Source of the DNA: a bacterium
GTDB taxonomy: Bacteria; Zhuqueibacterota; Zhuqueibacteria; Oceanimicrobiales; Oceanimicrobiaceae
Reading direction: 5' to 3'
Assembly (NCBI GenBank): GCA_037446635.1
Contig: JBBIIG010000008.1
Location: forward strand, 1,219 to 53,083
Length of the DNA stretch: 51,865 bases
The position numbers and the translations under genes were made by a program. The notes beneath the pieces were generated by a model, which worked only from the letters and a program-made list of their open reading frames with translations, did not search any database and was not told the DNA's origin. Of the stretch, positions 19,878 to 29,988 are shown piece by piece (within the stretch, counting starts at the first letter, position 1; each line of letters begins with the position of its first letter).

Positions 19878-21029
19878 TTATTTTGCCGAATTCATTTTCA
19901 GATCTTCAACTTTGAGGAACGCTTCTTCGCCGCGCTGTTTCTGACCGCTGTTGACGTAGGCCACGCCGAGATTGCGCCAGAGGTTGGGTTGATTGGGTTG
20001 CAACTCGAGCGCTTTTTCAAGGTAGGGGATGGACTTTTTGTAATTGTCGATGGCATCGTGTTTGAGTTGGCGGATTTCCGCCGGCGTTAAGGAGTCCGGT
20101 CCCAGGGTGGCGTTCTGCAGTTTTTGCCGCAGGTTTTCAGCAATGCTCAAATAGGCGCTGCCGATGTTGGCCGCGGCGTCGAAATCGTTTGCTCGCAGCT
20201 CCAGCACGCGCTCGAACAATTGAATGGCGCGGGGATAGTTTTCCGCCCGGTAGTGATGTTCCCCAAACAGGAAGATGAGATCGACGTCGAGGGGGTTGGC
20301 GGCGAGGGCCAATTCAAAGGCGCGCGCCGCCGACTCGCGCTGGCCGAGGGCGTCGTACGACAACGCCAGATTGGCCAAGGCATCGCGATGATCCGGCGCG
20401 ACGGATAATATTTTGTTCAACACCGATACCGCTTCCTGGTACCTTTGCTGCGAATAGTAGATGTTGGCAATGGACGACAGCAAATCAATATTCTGCGGAT
20501 CGTCTTTTAAGAGCCGCTCGTAAAGGGCGAGGGATTTTTCAGTTCGGTTGGTCAGCAGATAAATAGCTGCTAATTTTTTATAGCCTTCATATTTGCTGGT
20601 GTCAATTAGAATCGCGGTGAGCAAATAATTTTCGGCCTCGGTGTACTGCTCTTTATCCAGGGCGATGATGGCGGCGTTGTACTTCTCCACCCAATAGCGT
20701 TCGCTCTCGGCCGCGATGGGCACCGCGAATTTGTTGGAAAGTTTAAGCGAGAGATCGAACTCCCGTACCATTTCCTTAAAACGCTCTTTGCGGCCGTAGG
20801 CCTGTCCCAATAGGAAATGGGCTTCCGGATTATTGGGGTAGAGTTTGACGGCTTGTTCCAGTTGCTCGATGGCGCGGTTCCAATCATTGTTGCGGAAGTA
20901 CAGTCGGGCGGAGGTGACTTCCTTGGGCTGGCAGCCGCAGAACAGTCCCGCCGTCAAAATTAAAAGGGCGATCTTAAAAAAGATGCGGCGAAGGCGTTCC
21001 ACACGGAGATGCGCGATTGCCATGAACAT
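19878..21029 (-). CDS. Tetratricopeptide repeat lipoprotein
   Basis: LFCGC lipobox; many TPR units (AHFLLGQAY, ALANLALSY, WRNLGVAY). Confidence 0.85.
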   Translation of the reverse strand: MFMAIAHLRVERLRRIFFKIALLILTAGLFCGCQPKEVTSARLYFRNNDWNRAIEQLEQAVKLYPNNPEAHFLLGQAYGRKERFKEMVREFDLSLKLSNKFAVPIAAESERYWVEKYNAAIIALDKEQYTEAENYLLTAILIDTSKYEGYKKLAAIYLLTNRTEKSLALYERLLKDDPQNIDLLSSIANIYYSQQRYQEAVSVLNKILSVAPDHRDALANLALSYDALGQRESAARAFELALAANPLDVDLIFLFGEHHYRAENYPRAIQLFERVLELRANDFDAAANIGSAYLSIAENLRQKLQNATLGPDSLTPAEIRQLKHDAIDNYKKSIPYLEKALELQPNQPNLWRNLGVAYVNSGQKQRGEEAFLKVEDLKMNSAK

Positions 21030-21030
21030 A

Positions 21031-22077
21031 CTATTCCTTCCCTGTTGCGTGCTTCTTTAGATTTATCTCAAACGGCGGCTCGATGACGCCGTGCTCGGTG
21101 ATGATGGCGGTGATCAGTTCGTGGGGGGTGATATCGAAAGCCGGGCTGTAAACTTTGGTGTGCGGCGGCGCCGTGCGTTTGCCGAAGCCTTCGGTGACTT
21201 CCTCTGGCGCCCGCTCTTCGATGGGGATTTGCGCGCCGCTGCTGATGTTGAAATCAATGGTGGAATAGGGCGCGGCGACGTAAAACGGAACGCCGTGCTT
21301 TTCAGCGAGCACAGCTACTCCGTAGGTTCCGATTTTGTTGGCGGTATCGCCATTGGCGGCGATGCGATCGGCGCCGACGAGGACGCAGTCCACTTTTTTC
21401 TGCTGCATCACGAACGCCGCGGTGTTGTCAGTGATAAGAGTCACGTCGATGCCCTCGTTCATCAATTCCCAAACATTGAGGCGCGCGCCCTGCAGCAGGG
21501 GGCGGGTTTCATCGGCAAACACCGTCACTTTTTTCCCCTGCTCTTTGGCGGCGAATATCACCCCCAGCGCGGTGCCGTAATCGGCGGTGGCCAGCGCGCC
21601 AGTGTTGCAGTGCGTCAAAATTCGAAACCCATCTTGGATGAGCTGCGCGCCGTGCTGCGCCAGACGCCGGCAAGTTTGGCGATCTTCTTCCCAAATCGCC
21701 AGCGCCTCGTCGAGCAAACGCTTTTTGATCTCCGCCACCGGGCGGTTTCGGTTTTCCTCGGCGGCACGTTTCATGCGCTGGAGCGCCCACGATAAGTTCA
21801 CCGCCGTGGGACGGGTCGCCGCCAGATAGTCGGCGCTGTCATGCAACAATTTGAAGAAGGCCGTTTTATCTTCGCCATCAAAATTTTGCACGCCCAAAAC
21901 CACGCCGAAAGCGCCGGCAATGCCAATGGCCGGCGCGCCGCGCACCCGCAGTTTTTTGATCGCTTCCCCCAAAAGCTCAATGTTGTCGATATCGAGATAA
22001 ACCAGCTCTAGCGGCAATCGCGTCTGATCGATTATCCGCACTTTGGAGTTGAGCCATTGAATGGTGGTTACTGGCAT
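21031..22077 (-). CDS. mtnA: S-methyl-5-thioribose-1-phosphate isomerase
   Basis: IIDQTRLP, VRGAPAIG, RPTAVNL, LTHCNTGALAT, ETRPLLQGARL, GADRIAANGDTANKIGTY. Confidence 0.96.
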   Translation of the reverse strand: MPVTTIQWLNSKVRIIDQTRLPLELVYLDIDNIELLGEAIKKLRVRGAPAIGIAGAFGVVLGVQNFDGEDKTAFFKLLHDSADYLAATRPTAVNLSWALQRMKRAAEENRNRPVAEIKKRLLDEALAIWEEDRQTCRRLAQHGAQLIQDGFRILTHCNTGALATADYGTALGVIFAAKEQGKKVTVFADETRPLLQGARLNVWELMNEGIDVTLITDNTAAFVMQQKKVDCVLVGADRIAANGDTANKIGTYGVAVLAEKHGVPFYVAAPYSTIDFNISSGAQIPIEERAPEEVTEGFGKRTAPPHTKVYSPAFDITPHELITAIITEHGVIEPPFEINLKKHATGKE

Positions 22078-22175
22078 GATGCAGCCTGAATTCTGAACGT
22101 TGCAAAATGTTTTGCCATGAAGTACAGCGAACTTCGTGGTTCACGGACGACTATTGTAAGAAATAGCAGGCAAAC

Positions 22176-22769
22176 TTATTGCTGACGCAGCTTCTCGTAA
22201 ACCTTAAGCTTCTTGTAGTCTTTGCCAATCAAAACCGTGACCATGAGCTGCAGCGATTCGTCCATTTGCGGCGCCACCTGCTTTTTATTGACGCCCAGCG
22301 CTTCGGCGACCTTCTGGGCGTTGTCGGTGCCGAGGGAGACGCGATCGATGACGAAGGTTTGATCCAAATCGAAGCCGCCGGCGTAATTGCCAACGTTGAC
22401 CACGTCAAAGCCGCGCTCGCGAAGATACTGGGTAATCTCGTTGGCCAGCCCCTGCACGCCGCAGGCGTTCAACACCTCGACGGTGATGGGAAGAGTGCTT
22501 GCCTGCACAGGCCGGCGCGTCTCGCGCTTTGGCTCCACCGCGCTGTTGATGGAGGCGGCCTTTTCGTTGGGGGCTTTAAAAAACTCCGAAGCGAGGGAAG
22601 CGATTAAGAGCACATTGATCAAACCCAGCGCCCAAATGGAAGCGGTCATGAAACGCTCCCGCAAGCCTTTCTTGCGGGAACGCCGCGGCGCGGAGTGAAA
22701 TCGCGGTTGACCACCTGCCCGCGCAGGCAGGCGGCGCGGCTGGCGAAATTTTCTGCGGCGCTTTACCAT
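22176..22769 (-). CDS. LytR C-terminal domain-containing membrane protein
   Basis: Basic N-terminus, TM helix, VEVLNACGVQGLA...GF.V..VGN...VTVLIGKDY; GGAGGAGG RBS. Confidence 0.85.
   Translation of the reverse strand: MVKRRRKFRQPRRLPARAGGQPRFHSAPRRSRKKGLRERFMTASIWALGLINVLLIASLASEFFKAPNEKAASINSAVEPKRETRRPVQASTLPITVEVLNACGVQGLANEITQYLRERGFDVVNVGNYAGGFDLDQTFVIDRVSLGTDNAQKVAEALGVNKKQVAPQMDESLQLMVTVLIGKDYKKLKVYEKLRQQ
22714..22731 (-). repeat. 18-bp palindromic mini-element in frame within the LytR_C gene
   Basis: CCTGCCTGCGCGGGCAGG (sense), encodes LPARAG; 17/18 identical to 34533-34550 in dnaN. Confidence 0.7.
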
Positions 22770-22842
22770 CCTCCTCCTTAAAAAAATGACCGAGGTGAGC
22801 GATCAACTCGGTCATATTTAAATTTTAACTCGCCCGTGAATC

Positions 22843-23364
22843 CTATTGCTTATTCGATTCGTCCTGTGGAAGTGGCTCGACGGTGCGATTGTAAAAACGA
22901 TGATAAGAACTATAGGGATAGTATGGATAATACGAGCGCGGCTGTTGGCTGAATTCCAATTGCAGCTTAAAATTCTCCGAGGGTTTGTACTCCAAGCCCG
23001 CGCCGGAGACGAACACGTCGCTGCCCGGTTTGAAATTTTCTTCGCCGAGGTTTCCAAACGGTTGATGAACAAAACCCAATTGCAAAAACATCGAAAGCGG
23101 GTTGGAAAATTGATAGCGCATCGTATTGAGATAGAGTCCCTGGTTGTAGGTGTGGCCGCCGCCAGTGACGAATGATAGCGAATAACTCTGGCTCATGGAA
23201 AATTTCGCGGGGTCTAAACCCAGCAAGCCCACGAGACCTTGAATTTTAGTAGTGGGTTGGGTGAGCGCTTTGGCCATGTCAACCTGGGCGTCTTGCTTCA
23301 ACTGCGCGAAAGCAAGCACCGGAAAAAGCAAAAACAAAATCAAAGTAGTGGTTATGCTTTTCAT
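22843..23364 (-). CDS. Secreted hypothetical protein (beta-strand rich, Tyr-rich tail)
   Basis: Signal peptide MKSITTTLILFLLFPVLAFAQ; alternating hydrophobic strands. Confidence 0.75.
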   Translation of the reverse strand: MKSITTTLILFLLFPVLAFAQLKQDAQVDMAKALTQPTTKIQGLVGLLGLDPAKFSMSQSYSLSFVTGGGHTYNQGLYLNTMRYQFSNPLSMFLQLGFVHQPFGNLGEENFKPGSDVFVSGAGLEYKPSENFKLQLEFSQQPRSYYPYYPYSSYHRFYNRTVEPLPQDESNKQ

Positions 23365-23443
23365 CTTCTCACCTCGACTGCGGTTTAGTTTGAGTCTATG
23401 TACTAATTTTATTCAACAAAATCAACAGGTTTTTTAGCAGATA

Positions 23444-23548
23444 AACCGCAAGGTCGCAAAGACAACACAAAGATCGCGATGAAATTTTTGAGAGTGCAAG
23501 AAAGTTTTTCTTTACGTACGTAGCGCGTTGCTTGCGTTCATTGCGGTT
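23444..23548. repeat. Intergenic inverted repeat, AACCGCAAGGTCGCAAAG ... CTTGCGTTCATTGCGGTT
   Basis: Terminal AACCGCAA/TTGCGGTT inverted repeat with internal CGCAA(A/G) subrepeats. Confidence 0.7.
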
Positions 23549-23551
23549 AAA

Positions 23552-25030
23552 TCATAAGACGTCTTCGCTGAACGTGAGCACGAGATCGATGCGGCGGTTT
23601 TGGGCGCGGCCTTCGTTGGTCTCGTTGCTGGCGATGGGCCGGCTCTCGCCGTAGCCCAACGCGGTGATGCGGCTGTCGTCCAAACCCATGTTGGCCAGCA
23701 AATACTGCTTCACCGCCATGGCGCGCTCATAAGAAAGATTTTCGTTGTAGCGATCGTTGCCGACGGCGTCGGTGTGGCCCTCGATGGTGATGGTCGCTTC
23801 GGGAAAATTACGAATGGCGCGCTGCACCGAGGTCAGCAGGCTGAAGTACTCAGGTTCGATGGTGGACTTGCCGGAGGGAAAACTCAGCCCGATCAGACGA
23901 ACGATAATCTCGTTTCCCCGCCGCAGCACGATGGCTTCCCCCGACGTGAACATGTTTTCCAGATTTTTGATTTTTTCTTCCCGCTGTTTTTTCATCTCCA
24001 GCCGGTATTGCTTCTCTTGCAGCTCGGCTTGCAGTCCCTGTTCTTTTTCTTTATATTTTTGCAGCTCTGCCCGCAAGCTCTGCAATTCGCGGTTTTTTTC
24101 TTCGACTTCCGCCATCAGCTCTTTTTTGTCTTGCACAAGATTTTGTGAAATTTTGTGGATGCGCCTCAGCGGGTTATCCATGCCCTCGTCGAATTGTGGT
24201 TTGAAACCCAACTCGCGGGCGATTTGCTCGATCAAAACTTCGCGCTCCAAAACGAAATTCTCCCAATCCTGCGGATTCTTGCGCAGTCGTTTGATTTGGC
24301 GGGTGAGAAAAATGGCGTGTTTGGCTTCGAGCTCGGCGCTTTCGGCTTTTTCTTTGGCGCTGGTTTCCGAACGCCGGCTGCTGTTTAAAATCGTCTCCGC
24401 TTCGCTTAAAAGTTTCTGAGCGTTGGCGAACGTGATGGGGGTATATTTGTGAGCTTCTTCTTTTTTCGCTTCTTCAATCAAGTTGCGCACCGCGCCGATG
24501 ATGCTGGTTTTGATGGCCAACAATTCGGCGCTGCGATAGAGCTGATCGATTTCCGGGATGGTGCGCTTGGCGTTTTTGGCGTCGCCTTTTTCCAATTTTT
24601 TAGTGGCGGTGATGAATTCGCTTTCGGCGCGCTCGAATTCCTGCGGCGAATATTCCGGGGCGTTGGCGTTCAACGCGTCTTCCCGCGCTTTCAGGGAAGA
24701 GACAAAGGTGAGCTTGCCGAGCTTGGCGACCTCGAGGCACTGGTTCAAGCGCTGCTGCACTTCAACTAATTTTCTTTCGATATCTTTTAGCGGCTTGCCG
24801 TCGTTGAAATCCTTCATCGCTTCGTTGTATTTGATCGAAGCGGCTTTGAAATTATCCGGCGAGAGCACCGCCGCCTGCTCGGCCTGCGCCTGCACCATCA
24901 GTTTATCGGCTTCGCTAAACAGCTTGTGCCGAACTTCGTCCATGTTTTGTGTCAGAGCCGGGGCGCTGGCAATCAGTAAAACAACCGCGCACATCCAGCC
25001 GGCTGCCATTAATTTCTTTTCAACGTTCAT
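23552..25030 (-). CDS. OmpA-family peptidoglycan-binding protein with three DUF4398-like helical repeats and a coiled coil
   Basis: IEGHTDAVG..N..LSYERAMAV..GYGESRPIASN..GRAQNRRID; repeats LSPDNFKAA / YSPQEFERA / YTPITFANA. Confidence 0.88.
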   Translation of the reverse strand: MNVEKKLMAAGWMCAVVLLIASAPALTQNMDEVRHKLFSEADKLMVQAQAEQAAVLSPDNFKAASIKYNEAMKDFNDGKPLKDIERKLVEVQQRLNQCLEVAKLGKLTFVSSLKAREDALNANAPEYSPQEFERAESEFITATKKLEKGDAKNAKRTIPEIDQLYRSAELLAIKTSIIGAVRNLIEEAKKEEAHKYTPITFANAQKLLSEAETILNSSRRSETSAKEKAESAELEAKHAIFLTRQIKRLRKNPQDWENFVLEREVLIEQIARELGFKPQFDEGMDNPLRRIHKISQNLVQDKKELMAEVEEKNRELQSLRAELQKYKEKEQGLQAELQEKQYRLEMKKQREEKIKNLENMFTSGEAIVLRRGNEIIVRLIGLSFPSGKSTIEPEYFSLLTSVQRAIRNFPEATITIEGHTDAVGNDRYNENLSYERAMAVKQYLLANMGLDDSRITALGYGESRPIASNETNEGRAQNRRIDLVLTFSEDVL

Positions 25031-25059
25031 TTCCGGAAACTCCTGGGTTATTGTTAATA

Positions 25060-25088
25060 ATTGTAAAGCTTTTTGAGCGCGTTGTCAA
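25060..25088 (-). promoter_or_regulatory. sigma70 promoter for the OmpA gene
   Basis: TTGACA-N17-TACAAT on the minus strand. A divergent TTGCTT-N17-TATTTT lies at 25115-25143. Confidence 0.7.
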
Positions 25089-25179
25089 GCAGAAAATCCG
25101 CAGCGAATTACCACTTGCTTCTCATGGCATTTTTTAATATTTTAACGCCCTTAATTTATTTTCGATTCATGGAGGACGG

Positions 25180-26442
25180 ATGATTCAAAGTCGAAAGTTC
25201 GTTGTCCTTCTCATTGTTGGGATGACGTTGACAGTTGCTCCTCTTTACGGCCAGTTTCAGTTCGACAAAATTGAAGACCTCCGCGGCTTCTATTTTGAAA
25301 AGCCCCTGAAGTTTTATTGGACGCCGCGCTACAATCGCGTGGAGGGCTTGTTCCTGAACTTTGGTGTGAAGCTGCGCCCCCCAACACTGCCGGGCCTGCA
25401 ATTCTATGGCGACGCCGGCGGCGGATTTTGGAACGAAAATGATAAGCAATTTCGTTTTACCGTGGGCGCGCGTCAGGATTTTTTCGAGATCAAGCGCTTG
25501 AGCTTCGGCGCCGAAATCTACAAAAAAATTGCCTCCGCAGACGATTGGGTGGTCAGCGAGCTCGAAAACTCGTTGGCCGCGTTATTTTTTCGCGAGGATT
25601 ATAAAGACTACTACGGCGCACAAGGATTTAAGCTTTACGCCGATCACCAATTCACCGGCAACCATATTTTGCGCCTGGAAGTGGGGCGCCAAAAATACGA
25701 CGCCCTCAAACGCAACATCGATTGGAGCGTGTTCAAGGGCGAGTTCGATCCCAACCCCAAACGAGGCGACGCCATCATCGCCGAAGGCCGCGAAACCAGC
25801 GTGCGCTTCATCGCGGCGCTGGACTGGCGCGACAACCCGGTGTTTCCCCTCAATGGTTGGTACCTCGAGGGCATCTTCGAAAAAACCTTTGACGACTTCG
25901 AGACCGACGGCCTGTTTCTGACTCTCAAACGCTACCAGCAAACCTGGGGCAACCAGCGGCTGCTGCTGCGCGGAATGGTTGGCAGCCGGCGCGGCGATAT
26001 TGTTTTTTTCCCCAATATAATTGACGACCCGATCCCAACTCCAACATTGTTTATTGAACAATACGCCATTGATCTTGGCGGCATTGGCAGCCTGCGCGGC
26101 TTCGACGATAAAGAATTTTCCGGCAACCGCATGGTGATGCTCAACGCCAATTACCTGTTTGGCGGCGATATTTTGCAAAGGATTCCGCTGCAGCGCATCC
26201 CGGTGTTGGGCAATTTGTGGACAACGCTGTCGCTGGCGTTGTTCGTCGATACCGGATTCGCCTGGCGCGCCGATGCCAGCGCCGGTTTATTCAGCGGTTT
26301 CGATGACGCCGATAATTTAAAAACCGACGTCGGCTTTTCGATTCTCATACTCGAAGGGGTGGCGCGCTTGGACGTGGCCAAACGCACCGACCGCAGCCGC
26401 GATGATTTCCGGGTAACCTTCCGTTTGCTGGAAAAATTTTAA
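25180..26442 (+). CDS. Omp85/BamA-TamA-like beta-barrel outer membrane protein (no obvious POTRA)
   Basis: Signal peptide; D.RDNPVFP..GWY, LGGIGSLRGF (VRGY-like lid motif), LF.DTG.AW; terminal F. Confidence 0.75.
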   Translation: MIQSRKFVVLLIVGMTLTVAPLYGQFQFDKIEDLRGFYFEKPLKFYWTPRYNRVEGLFLNFGVKLRPPTLPGLQFYGDAGGGFWNENDKQFRFTVGARQDFFEIKRLSFGAEIYKKIASADDWVVSELENSLAALFFREDYKDYYGAQGFKLYADHQFTGNHILRLEVGRQKYDALKRNIDWSVFKGEFDPNPKRGDAIIAEGRETSVRFIAALDWRDNPVFPLNGWYLEGIFEKTFDDFETDGLFLTLKRYQQTWGNQRLLLRGMVGSRRGDIVFFPNIIDDPIPTPTLFIEQYAIDLGGIGSLRGFDDKEFSGNRMVMLNANYLFGGDILQRIPLQRIPVLGNLWTTLSLALFVDTGFAWRADASAGLFSGFDDADNLKTDVGFSILILEGVARLDVAKRTDRSRDDFRVTFRLLEKF

Positions 26443-26470
26443 GCTATCCAACCCTGACAGGGTTTCTTCT

Positions 26471-27022
26471 ATGCAAAGAAAATTATTTAAACTCGCCGTC
26501 AATGATACCACCGCGCTCACCATGATCGAGCTGCGCGACGCTGAGGAGTTGTTCGCCCTCACCGAGGCCAGCCGCGATTATTTGCGCCAGTGGCTGCCGT
26601 GGCTGGACTCCGTGCGCGCCGTCGAGGATACCCGAAATTTCATTCAAACCTGTCTCGAGCAGCACGCCCGCAATGACGGCTTGCAATGCTGCATGCGCTA
26701 TGAAAATCAAATCGCCGGCGTCATCGGGTTTCATTACCTCGATTGGAACAATCGCCTCGCCGAGATGGGGTACTGGCTGGCGCCGCCGTACCAGGGGCGC
26801 GGCATCGTCACCCAGTGCTGCCGGGCGCTGGTGGATTTGGCGTTCTCCGAGCTGCAGCTCAACCGCGTGGTGATTCGCGCCGCGGAGAGAAATCTCAAAA
26901 GCCGCGCGGTGCCGGAGCGGCTGGGCTTTGTGAAAGAGGGCGTGCAGCGAGAGGCGGAGTGGTTGTACGATCACTACGTAGATCTGGTTATGTATTCCAT
27001 GCTAAAACGCGATTGGCATTAA
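26471..27022 (+). CDS. GNAT N-acetyltransferase, RimL/YdaF family
   Basis: YLRQWLPW, EMGYWL...YQGRGIVT, LNRV.IR....N.KSRAVPERLGF..EG. Confidence 0.9.
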   Translation: MQRKLFKLAVNDTTALTMIELRDAEELFALTEASRDYLRQWLPWLDSVRAVEDTRNFIQTCLEQHARNDGLQCCMRYENQIAGVIGFHYLDWNNRLAEMGYWLAPPYQGRGIVTQCCRALVDLAFSELQLNRVVIRAAERNLKSRAVPERLGFVKEGVQREAEWLYDHYVDLVMYSMLKRDWH

Positions 27023-27037
27023 CCGCAGGTGTGAAAT

Positions 27038-28396
27038 TTGTCCGTGAGATTTATATCATTTCGATTTAGCCCACGCTGGTTACCGCTGCTGTTTGTGCTG
27101 GCGGGATTCTCCAGCCTCCGCAGCCAGGATGAAAATTTATTGAATTTGATCGACAGCGCCGGCGTGGGCTCACCCAACCGGCTGATCGCGGTCATCATTC
27201 AGGGCAATGAAATTACCAAAGAGGAAATCATTTTGCGGGAGATGAAGCTGCAGCCCGGCGACGAGGTATCCGATGAAGCCATCGAAGCCGACCGCCTGCG
27301 CATCCAGAATTTGGGAATTTTCAATCGCGTGGAAATCGATGAAGTTCCCACCAATCGCGGCGTGATTCTCTTGGTCAGCGTCAGCGAGATGTGGTACATC
27401 TTTCCCTATCCCATCATTTTTCGCAACGAGCGCGACTGGGGGAAAATCTCCGTGGGCGCCGGGCTGCTGCACAACAACTTCCGCGGCCGCCGCGAAATCA
27501 TCGACTTTTCTTTTTGGCTGGGATACAACCCCTCGGTGCGACTTACTTACACCAATCCCTGGATTTTCGGCAAGCTGAAATTTTACACCAGCGTTTCCCT
27601 TTTTGCCAAAAAAGTCCGCAACCTCAGCGGCGAAGTGCAGGGCCTGCGAATCAATGAAAACCAGGTGGGCTTCAATTGGCGCATCGGTAAACGTTTCGGG
27701 CACTTCACCTATTTCGACGTCAACGTCGGTTACCGCCAACTCCGCCTTTCGCCCAGGGATAGCGTGCTGCACACGCTTTCGCCGTCGGGAAAAGACCGGC
27801 TGCCCAGCTACGGCTTTTCGTTTACGCACGATTCCCGCGACTTGTGGGAGTACGCTCATCGCGGCAATTTCGTGCAGCTCTGGGTGCAGAAAACCGGCTG
27901 GTTCGGAAACCTCATTGATTACGTTCGCTACGGCGCGGACGTGCGCAAGTATATTCCGGTGGGGCCGACCACCCTCGCGTTTCGCGGCGTCACCAATTTG
28001 TCAACCGGCAATCTGCCGATTTACGATCAGGTGCAATTCGGTTTCTTCAACCGCATTCGCGGCCATTTCAAAGAGCGCGCCGCCGGCGAAAATTTGCTGA
28101 TGGGCAGCGCCGAGTTTCGTTTTCCAATTCGAGAGATTACCTATCACGATTGGGGACCATTTCAGTCGATGGGACGCTACGGCAGCAATCTGCGCTTCGG
28201 GGTCAGCGCCGGGCTGTTCGTGGACACCGGCGCCGTCTGGGATCAGAACAGCGAGCTGGGGTTCGATCGCTTCATCTCCGGCTGGGGCGGCGGCCTGCAT
28301 TTCTTTTTGCCCTACCAGATTCTGCTGCGCACCGAGTACGGCTTCGATGAAAACTGGGACGGCCAGTTTATCATCGATTTGTTCGCGTGGTTTTAA
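27038..28396 (+). CDS. Omp85/BamA-TamA family protein with a single POTRA domain
   Basis: I.IQGNEITKEEIILREM POTRA motif; NFRGRRE; RIRGH; LFVDTGAVW; terminal F. Confidence 0.82.
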   Translation: MSVRFISFRFSPRWLPLLFVLAGFSSLRSQDENLLNLIDSAGVGSPNRLIAVIIQGNEITKEEIILREMKLQPGDEVSDEAIEADRLRIQNLGIFNRVEIDEVPTNRGVILLVSVSEMWYIFPYPIIFRNERDWGKISVGAGLLHNNFRGRREIIDFSFWLGYNPSVRLTYTNPWIFGKLKFYTSVSLFAKKVRNLSGEVQGLRINENQVGFNWRIGKRFGHFTYFDVNVGYRQLRLSPRDSVLHTLSPSGKDRLPSYGFSFTHDSRDLWEYAHRGNFVQLWVQKTGWFGNLIDYVRYGADVRKYIPVGPTTLAFRGVTNLSTGNLPIYDQVQFGFFNRIRGHFKERAAGENLLMGSAEFRFPIREITYHDWGPFQSMGRYGSNLRFGVSAGLFVDTGAVWDQNSELGFDRFISGWGGGLHFFLPYQILLRTEYGFDENWDGQFIIDLFAWF

Positions 28397-28399
28397 CAC

Positions 28400-28945
28400 G
28401 TGAACCCTTTCGATGGGCTGCCGCACATTTCCATTGCTACTCTGCCGGAGATGTTCGAGCGCACGCTGTCGGTGTTCACGTTTTCGAAAGCGTTCATGTT
28501 GGCAGGATTGCGGCTCGGCTACGTGGTTGCTAATCCGGAGGTCATTAAAAATCTCAACAAAGCGATGGTGCATCAACTCTACAGTCCGTCTTCACTAGCG
28601 CAGCTTATGATGGTGGAACCGGTGCGCACCCGCAACCAGTGGCTGCCGGCGGTGCGCAAACATTTTCAAGACTTGCGGGACGTGATGGTTCAGAATTTGA
28701 AAATCGAATTCTGGAAACCGCAGGCCACCTACTTCACCTTCTTCTCCGTGAAGCAATATTTGAATGGCCGCGACGACTGGCAGCTCATCGAGGACGGTCT
28801 CGACGCCGGCGTTGCCGTGGCGCCCGGCGACAGCTTCGGCAAAGATTTCACCGAGTACATCCGGCTCTGTTTCACCGGCGAATCGCCGGCGCGGCTGGTG
28901 GCCGGTATCGAACGATTGAACCGAATTTTAAGCGAACCGAGGTAA
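28400..28945 (+). pseudogene. C-terminal half of a class I/II PLP-dependent aminotransferase (5'-truncated)
   Basis: FDG..HISIATLP.MFERT...FSKAF...GLRLGY and GVAVAPGDSFG..YIRLCF in only 181 aa; starts 3 bp after the upstream stop. Confidence 0.7.
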
Positions 28946-28952
28946 AAGGAAA

Positions 28953-29936
28953 ATGCAAACCCGTCAACTTGGAAACACCGATCTCCATCTCACCACCATC
29001 GGACTTGGCACTTGGGCCATTGGCGGCGACTGGGCCTACGGCTGGGGCCCGCAGGACGACGCGGAATCCATCGCCGCCATTCAGCGCGCGCTGGATTTGG
29101 GAATCAACTGGATTGACACCGCGCCGGCCTACGGCCTGGGCCACGCCGAAGAAATCGTGGCGCGCGCGCTCGAAGGACGCCGCGACAAAATCATTATCGC
29201 CACCAAGTGCGGGCTGGTGTGGGACGAAGGCAGCAGAAACGTTTACGGCCGGCTCAAAGCCGCCAGTGTGCGTAAGGAAGCCGAAGACAGCCTGCGCCGG
29301 CTTAAGGTGGAGGTGATCGATCTCTACCAGATTCACTGGCCCAATCCGAAGAACGACATCGAAGAGGCGTGGGGCGTGATCGCGGATTTGATCAAACAAG
29401 GGAAGGTTCGTTACGGCGGCGTTTCCAATTTCAACGTCGCGCAGATCAAGCGCGCGCAGGCCATTCACCCAGTGGCGTCGCTGCAGCCGCCCTACAGCAT
29501 GATCGAACGCGGCATCGAAAAAGAGATTCTGCCCTATTGCGCCGAACACAAAATCGGCGTGATTGCCTACAGCCCGATGCAAGCGGGAATTCTCACCGAC
29601 CGATTTTCTCGCGAGCGCGTCGCCCAATTAGCCGACGGCGATTGGCGCAAACGCCACCAACACTTTCGTGAGCCGGAGCTAAGCGCCAACCTGAAGTTGT
29701 TGGACGGGCTGCGCGCCATCGCCCAAAGACAGGGCCGAACCACCGCGCAACTGGCCATTGCCTGGGTGCGGCGGCGGCCGGAAGTGACCGCAGCCATTGT
29801 GGGCGCGCGGCGGCCCGCACAAATCGAGGAGACCGCGGCCGCCGCGGACTGGTGGCTTTCGCCGGAAGAAATCAATGAAATAGAAGCGCTGCTGGCTGAA
29901 CGTCAACAAAGGTTGTTGGGTAAAAATGCTGAATGA
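28953..29936 (+). CDS. Aldo/keto reductase
   Basis: IGLGTWAIGG, INWIDTAPAYG, ATKCG, IDLYQIHWP, GVSNF, LQPPYS, YSPMQAG. Confidence 0.95.
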   Translation: MQTRQLGNTDLHLTTIGLGTWAIGGDWAYGWGPQDDAESIAAIQRALDLGINWIDTAPAYGLGHAEEIVARALEGRRDKIIIATKCGLVWDEGSRNVYGRLKAASVRKEAEDSLRRLKVEVIDLYQIHWPNPKNDIEEAWGVIADLIKQGKVRYGGVSNFNVAQIKRAQAIHPVASLQPPYSMIERGIEKEILPYCAEHKIGVIAYSPMQAGILTDRFSRERVAQLADGDWRKRHQHFREPELSANLKLLDGLRAIAQRQGRTTAQLAIAWVRRRPEVTAAIVGARRPAQIEETAAAADWWLSPEEINEIEALLAERQQRLLGKNAE

Positions 29937-29988
29937 CAACTCACGAGAATCGGCCTGGGGACAGCCCTTGATAAAAATTGTTTTCAAT

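Noticed and set aside
22101..22117. Fourth sigma54 promoter upstream of mtnA (TGGCAAAACATTTTGCA)
   Set aside because: GG-GC spacing is 11 rather than the required 10. It may be a simple palindromic site.
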